From a virus (taxonomy: Duplodnaviria; Caudoviricetes), in the IMG/VR virus record IMGVR_UViG_3300043172_000336, positions 1 to 58,377 of that record: a DNA stretch of 58,377 nt. One strand, given 5' to 3'. The notes under the pieces are model-generated. The model did no database searches and was not told the origin of the DNA. It worked only from the letters and a program-made list of their open reading frames with translations. A program made the position numbers and the translations under genes. Below, in pieces: positions 53,605 through 58,377 of the stretch (position 1 is its first letter; each line of letters begins with the position of its first letter).

Positions 53605-55137
53605 TTATTCCTCAAACATTTCCAGCAAGGCCCCTTGTAGGGATTTTCTTTCCTGCAAACGCCGATAAAGTTTAGTCTCAATGGGCGAGCCAGTCAAATG
53701 AATTATAAGCTGTTTTCTGATCTGCCCCGGCCTGCTTATCCGGGCATTTGCCTGCTCGTATGTTTCAAGTGACGTTGTTGGCGTGAACCAGCATATGACG
53801 TTTGCCTCGGTCAGGGTCAGCCCATGAGCCATGCATTTCGGGTGGGCGACGATGACACGGGGCGACACAGCTGTTTGGAAGTCTCCGAAGATCGTATCTC
53901 GAACCCCCTTGCTTGTACCGCCTGTTACCAACACCGTGTCGTACTTCTTGTTCGCCAGGATAGACTGAACCGCCGTCGCCGTATGCGTGAACTCGGCGAA
54001 TACAATTACCTTGCCAGCAGCCTCATCAAGCACCTCTGTAAGCTGCTCGATCCTCGGCCTGTTATCTAGCGATACAACATTCTTTTCCTTCGTGTATACC
54101 CAACCGCTGGCGATTTGCAGCAGCTTCGAAAACAGAACGCCCTCATTGGCAGCGGTGACCTCACCCTTATCAAACATGATGGCTAATATTCGTAACAGCC
54201 TCTTATAGACCTCGCTCTGCGTTTTCGTCATCTCACATTCACGGGTCTGGTAGCTAATCGGGGGCAGCTCTATGCAGTCGTCTCTCTTATAACGGACGGC
54301 GGGCTGCATGGCCGCGTACACAGTCTCGTTCGCATCCGATAGCGGTATCCACTTAAAAGTAGACACTTGACGCATGGTTTTGCGCTTAAAGGCTTTAATA
54401 TAAGTCGTTACGCGGGCCGGTGTCAGGAGCTTTACTTGCGCCCAGGCGTCCACTGGCTCGTTCGGAGTTGGTGCCCCTGTCATGCCCCATGCGTAAGGTC
54501 GGTCGTGTAACACCTCGAACAGATGCCCCCACCGATTGGCGGTCTTGTTACGGAACACCGCCAGCTCATCAACAATGACGCAATCGATCTCTTCTTTGTC
54601 GATCAGCTCCTGCTTGATCACCTTAACCCCGTCATGGTTTATGACATAGATGTGGTGTTTCTCAGCGAGAACCTTCGCACGCCTCTCGCGGGTGCCGTAT
54701 AGGACGCCGACCGAGAGGTGATTAAAGTATTGGAAGATTTCGCGGTCCCACACCTGTGACAGAGTTGACAAGGGAGCGACGACCAGCACCGCCCGTATAT
54801 CGCCTTGCATCATCATCCAGTTGACTGCGTGTAGCGCGGCTCGGGTTTTGCCAGTGCCCATTTCAGACAACACGTATGCACGACGCTGCATGGTAAGCAA
54901 CGCTGCGGTGATCTTCTGAGTCCTGAACGGTGTGTCACCATTCCAGTCGTATAACGAAGTGATGGGGGCTGGGACGAGGAAGCCTGCGTTCCGGGCTAAG
55001 CGTACAGCGTCCTGCTTGTGGGGCAGCACGACACAACCGCCCGACTTACGTGCATCGGGAACCAGGTTCAGCAGCGCCTTGTCGAACGGCACTGAGAACT
55101 CCTGCGTCTCCTTTAAGATAACAGCCCGAGTAGCCAT
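53605..55137 (-). CDS. SNF2-family (SF2) helicase
   Basis: EMGTGKT, VVAPLS, IVDE, MTGAP, HGLTLT, QANARISRPGQ. Confidence 0.92.
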   Translation of the reverse strand: MATRAVILKETQEFSVPFDKALLNLVPDARKSGGCVVLPHKQDAVRLARNAGFLVPAPITSLYDWNGDTPFRTQKITAALLTMQRRAYVLSEMGTGKTRAALHAVNWMMMQGDIRAVLVVAPLSTLSQVWDREIFQYFNHLSVGVLYGTRERRAKVLAEKHHIYVINHDGVKVIKQELIDKEEIDCVIVDELAVFRNKTANRWGHLFEVLHDRPYAWGMTGAPTPNEPVDAWAQVKLLTPARVTTYIKAFKRKTMRQVSTFKWIPLSDANETVYAAMQPAVRYKRDDCIELPPISYQTRECEMTKTQSEVYKRLLRILAIMFDKGEVTAANEGVLFSKLLQIASGWVYTKEKNVVSLDNRPRIEQLTEVLDEAAGKVIVFAEFTHTATAVQSILANKKYDTVLVTGGTSKGVRDTIFGDFQTAVSPRVIVAHPKCMAHGLTLTEANVICWFTPTTSLETYEQANARISRPGQIRKQLIIHLTGSPIETKLYRRLQERKSLQGALLEMFEE

Positions 55138-55442
55138 GTCTCTAATTCAATCTGCCCCGAGTAATTCATGTTCCCTCTGTCTAGCGTGTCATCGAATTCG
55201 TATTCGCCGATCACAAACACCTTCATCCCTGCGTCTTCCATCGTCCTGATGGTAATCTTCTGCCGTGCCGTGAGCTTCTTACCCGGCGCTTTGCACTCAA
55301 TCGCAAATGCACGGCCTTTGAACGCCCCGTGAAAGTCTAAGCCGGGCGCACCGAAGCCTTGTTGCACGGGCATGAAATAATATGCCGCGTGCTGCTTCAG
55401 CATCTTCTTAACTTTTTCTTTCACTTTACCTTCAGGTGTCAT
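55113..55442 (-). CDS. VRR-NUC domain nuclease
   Basis: TPEGKVK, G..D, AIECKAPGKK.T.RQ. Confidence 0.85.
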   Translation of the reverse strand: MTPEGKVKEKVKKMLKQHAAYYFMPVQQGFGAPGLDFHGAFKGRAFAIECKAPGKKLTARQKITIRTMEDAGMKVFVIGEYEFDDTLDRGNMNYSGQIELETWLLGLLS

Positions 55443-55809
55443 GGATCACCTTCATCCAAATAGGTGGCGGGACTTCGGCTGCCTCCATTGCCTCCACCGC
55501 CACTTTAATTGCATCCATATTAAGGTGAGCCGCCTCGTCTACGATCACCGCATCGAAACTCATGCCCCGGATATCTGGCTCGCCAGGAATGTCATAGACG
55601 AGGCTGCAATGCGCGATGAATACGTCATGGTCATCGCCGTGAATAACTTCCATCCCATTCTTAAAGGTCACAGCTGTCATCTTCTGTTCTATAGTGTCGT
55701 AGTTGACCGCCGCCACTTGTAATATAACGCAGCGTGGCAGACCGAACAGCGACGGATCGTCGTCTTCGTTAATATCTTTTACGAGACCTATGATTTGTTG
55801 TGTGGGCAT
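55432..55809 (-). CDS. hypothetical protein with a Walker B-like segment
   Basis: Fills the gap between two nuclease genes; IRGMSFDAVIVDEAA; start uncertain. Confidence 0.5.
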   Translation of the reverse strand: MPTQQIIGLVKDINEDDDPSLFGLPRCVILQVAAVNYDTIEQKMTAVTFKNGMEVIHGDDHDVFIAHCSLVYDIPGEPDIRGMSFDAVIVDEAAHLNMDAIKVAVEAMEAAEVPPPIWMKVIHDT

Positions 55810-56441
55810 TGTTTCACCGGGCACCATCTGCATAGTGGGTTTTCGATTGCTGGGAAGTCTGTTGTCTTGATCGCTTTTTCAATTTCATCAGCGCGTGGAA
55901 TCATATCGGCCCACACGTCGGTCATATGTTTCATTTCCATCGAGACGGGCGGCGAGATTTCCTTGTGCTTGGTCCACACGTATGTGAGCCTGAATCGCTC
56001 CAGCTCCGGCATCACCCGTGCCAAAACTGCGGCTGATAGCTTGATTTGCCCGAAGTCTGGGCGTACCTTACCAGTCTTCCAATCAATGATGATCGCAAGA
56101 CCACCTTTGATGATGAGTAGATCGATGATTGCACGGACGTAGGTATTTTTGTCGAACCAGTCACACGGTTCAAAATTCCTGTTCAACGCCAACTGCAATT
56201 CACCGTGCTTCTCGCCCTGCGTGTCCACGAAAGGTTTCACCAGCCCTTCTAAGTGACGCAGAGGCAGGGGAAGAAGCACCTTATTGATGACTCGTTTGTG
56301 TAGCGCGACGTGGGTATCTTTGCCTTCACCAGAGAAGGCACTATCCGCGTCCTTTACATCTTTGATGACCTTGAGGTGGTAGTACTTTTTAGGGCACAGC
56401 TCGTACATCGTGATCGCCGACCATGACCATGCGAATGCCAT
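55788..56441 (-). CDS. PD-(D/E)XK (Cas4/RecB-like) exonuclease
   Basis: WSWS....YELCP, G...H, IDL, IDWKTGK, Q, C.WCP...C. Confidence 0.88.
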   Translation of the reverse strand: MAFAWSWSAITMYELCPKKYYHLKVIKDVKDADSAFSGEGKDTHVALHKRVINKVLLPLPLRHLEGLVKPFVDTQGEKHGELQLALNRNFEPCDWFDKNTYVRAIIDLLIIKGGLAIIIDWKTGKVRPDFGQIKLSAAVLARVMPELERFRLTYVWTKHKEISPPVSMEMKHMTDVWADMIPRADEIEKAIKTTDFPAIENPLCRWCPVKQCPHNKS

Positions 56442-56443
56442 CG

Positions 56444-56695
56444 CTAGCTCCCTATATTCATGAAGCGAAACATTTCGTAGGCGACTGCTTCCGACCAGGT
56501 GTACAGGAGGTTTTCTGGGTCTGCGTTGGCGTTGCAGTACAACTGCTCAAAGCTGCTGGGTATTTCCCCCGCCATTTGCCAGCCGCGATCACGTAACCAA
56601 TCGTGTACGTCTTTCGGTTCCTGCACCAAGTGATCTTCTCTCGGTTTTACGTCCACGTCGAAGGTCATCCCCGACGGTTGCCCCATCCAACTCAT
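56444..56695 (-). CDS. hypothetical protein
   Basis: ATGA overlap with the polymerase stop; ends 2 nt before the next start. Confidence 0.65.
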   Translation of the reverse strand: MSWMGQPSGMTFDVDVKPREDHLVQEPKDVHDWLRDRGWQMAGEIPSSFEQLYCNANADPENLLYTWSEAVAYEMFRFMNIGS

Positions 56696-58377
56696 TTTGC
56701 GTCTCCGTATGTTGCACCAAACCCAGAGTCAACACCCATGGGTAAGTCGGGTGCCCATTCAGGCGGCACCATCATTATTTCTGCGATTGCATCTCGGTAG
56801 TACTCTACATCTCGTTCAAGCACGACGTTAACCAGTTCGTCATGTGCTTGCATCACGGGCGAGATACCTAATTCTTTCTTAATCGTTATCATGTGGTCCA
56901 TAATCATGATCCGGCCAAACGACTGGATGATGTTCTCCACGACTTTGCCGCCCCATAGTGTTCGGGTGCGGCCTCCGTAATCGTATACCCATCCCGAGTA
57001 CTTAGCTGTGTCGATCCGACGCAGGTTGTGGTACGTGATGGGCATCCCATTGGGGAGTACTATAACACCATCAGCGGCGTAACACGGCCCCCATTCAGCG
57101 ATGGCCCTCTTGCCGCCAAACGCGAGGATTTCAATTACCTCGTCGCAGTACTTCCACAACTCTGGGATTTCAGAGTAAGTTTCCCTATAGGTGTTCACAT
57201 ACTCGTACGCGACGTGTTCTTCCAGCTTAATGTCATCTTTCCTCAGCGTTGCACGGAGCTTCTTCGCTCCCATGCCGTAGCCCAGCCCCAGGATACAGGT
57301 CTTGCCGACGAAGCGTTCCTTTTCATCCGCCTTTGTGATAGCGCGATGGTACAGCTTTGATGCAAACTCGGAGTACGCATCCCGTTCTGCACGGAAGATA
57401 TCTAATAGAGTGACACAACCCGAGAGCCATGCGTTCGACCGAGCTTCATTCTGTTTGAGGTCATGCACCAGCACCACATGATGCTTCGGTGCCTTAAGCG
57501 CGTAACGAATCTGTCTGCGATCTGGGTTTTTAGGATCGATGCGAGTGAGGTTCTGGCAATTGATCTTCTGCCAGCCGCCGTACCGTCCTGTGAGTGCTGC
57601 GTAATACTTAAGAGGGACACGGAATTTCTTGTAGCTCGCAGCTATGTCGATGAAGCGTTCTGTGCGTGTCTCTATAAGAGTGGATTTTGTGCCGATCCTC
57701 GCTGCCAAGATGGGGGCGATCAATGGATGGTCGGCATATTCTTCTTCCATGTCCTTCCATTGCGGATCTGTCTTAGCAAACGCCCACGTTGATTTGTTAG
57801 TCGTGGGAGATATCTTCATCGGCACTTCAACGCCCAGCTCCGTCAGCATCTTCGCTAGCTTCGCGTTGCTCATTAAATCCGCCCGCTGTATGTCCGGGGG
57901 CAAGCGCATCATTAAATCGAATTTTTCTTCTTGGACCTTCTCTAATATCTGTTGCAACAAAGCGCCATCGAGTTCCAGCTGCGGGTCCAGATACATTCGC
58001 AGGGTCATGTCGATGATCTCTAACTCCTGTCGTGGGAGCAGAGGTAACATATGTTGGAAAGCTGCGTACTCACCATCGGTGTCGCCCATGCAATACCGAC
58101 CGTACTCTTGTAACTCGCGTGCTGATAACCCCTCGCGCCTTCTGCCCTTCATGTTTGCAACGTATGTTCCCTTCTGCACGCCAAGGTTCAGGTGCTTGAG
58201 GATTGCACCGAGGCTGATGCTACGGAGTACGGGCTTTAGTAACGCCTGTGCCATAGCCATGGTGTCGAACAGTACCGGCGGGCGTATGTTGAAATGCACT
58301 TGATTGATAAGCTGATCGAACATTGTGTTCTGCGCGATCATCCCGCAATCAGGTACACCGTTATCAAAGAGAAATTC
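56692..58377 (-). CDS. family A DNA polymerase with 3'-5' exonuclease domain, 5'-truncated by the window edge
   Basis: Exo motifs AQN.MFD and YC.GD; TGRYGG, motif A HDLKQNEAR, motif B RFVGKTCILGLGYG, motif C AHDEL; frame stays open to 58377. Confidence 0.92.
   Translation of the reverse strand, partial: EFLFDNGVPDCGMIAQNTMFDQLINQVHFNIRPPVLFDTMAMAQALLKPVLRSISLGAILKHLNLGVQKGTYVANMKGRRREGLSARELQEYGRYCMGDTDGEYAAFQHMLPLLPRQELEIIDMTLRMYLDPQLELDGALLQQILEKVQEEKFDLMMRLPPDIQRADLMSNAKLAKMLTELGVEVPMKISPTTNKSTWAFAKTDPQWKDMEEEYADHPLIAPILAARIGTKSTLIETRTERFIDIAASYKKFRVPLKYYAALTGRYGGWQKINCQNLTRIDPKNPDRRQIRYALKAPKHHVVLVHDLKQNEARSNAWLSGCVTLLDIFRAERDAYSEFASKLYHRAITKADEKERFVGKTCILGLGYGMGAKKLRATLRKDDIKLEEHVAYEYVNTYRETYSEIPELWKYCDEVIEILAFGGKRAIAEWGPCYAADGVIVLPNGMPITYHNLRRIDTAKYSGWVYDYGGRTRTLWGGKVVENIIQSFGRIMIMDHMITIKKELGISPVMQAHDELVNVVLERDVEYYRDAIAEIMMVPPEWAPDLPMGVDSGFGATYGDAK

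Noticed and set aside
55788-56441. Cas4-like nuclease as evidence of a CRISPR system
   Set aside because: It sits in an ordinary phage replication module next to polymerase, VRR-NUC and helicase
36033-58303. Long antisense ORFs (e.g. 36871-37638, 43198-43833, 48594-49238, 57644-58303)
   Set aside because: Shadows of long genes on the other strand; no recognisable motifs or RBS
1-58377. tRNA genes, integrase/att site, alternative genetic code
   Set aside because: No cloverleaf or recombinase recognised by eye; genes tile densely under the standard code and end in all three stop codons

Overview
The window is most of a tailed dsDNA phage genome with podovirus-type architecture, cut at both ends (inside a small gene on the left, inside DNA polymerase on the right). 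Layout: (1) 1-2750, leftward small early-type genes with three copies of a perfect 20-bp palindrome; (2) 2870-5450, rightward accessory genes (ParB/Srx-like domain flanked by 25-bp direct repeats, Tad2/DUF2829-like anti-defence protein, PQ-loop membrane protein, lipoprotein, DUF1353, a ribbon-helix-helix gene missed by the ORF track) and a predicted ~56-nt antisense-strand sRNA; (3) 5457-10943, an eight-gene glycan-building cluster (five glycosyltransferase-like genes including a tandem GT-D/DUF1792 protein, two methyltransferases, one small ORF) coupled directly to the large terminase; (4) 10940-44670, packaging, head, tail/fibre, GH108 lysin and ejection proteins, ending in a 2840-aa polyvalent-type protein; (5) a T5 A1-like phosphoesterase and a ClpP-like protease; (6) 47234-58377, a leftward nucleotide-metabolism and replication arm (HNH, DUF5664, DUF4406, sulfotransferase, primase-DUF927, SSB-like, SNF2 helicase, VRR-NUC, PD-(D/E)XK nuclease, family A polymerase). 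I saw no integrase, tRNA or CRISPR array. The best candidate for an undescribed system is the terminase-coupled glycosylation/methylation (possibly plus sulfation) pathway. All family calls come from motifs recognised by eye; no searches were run.
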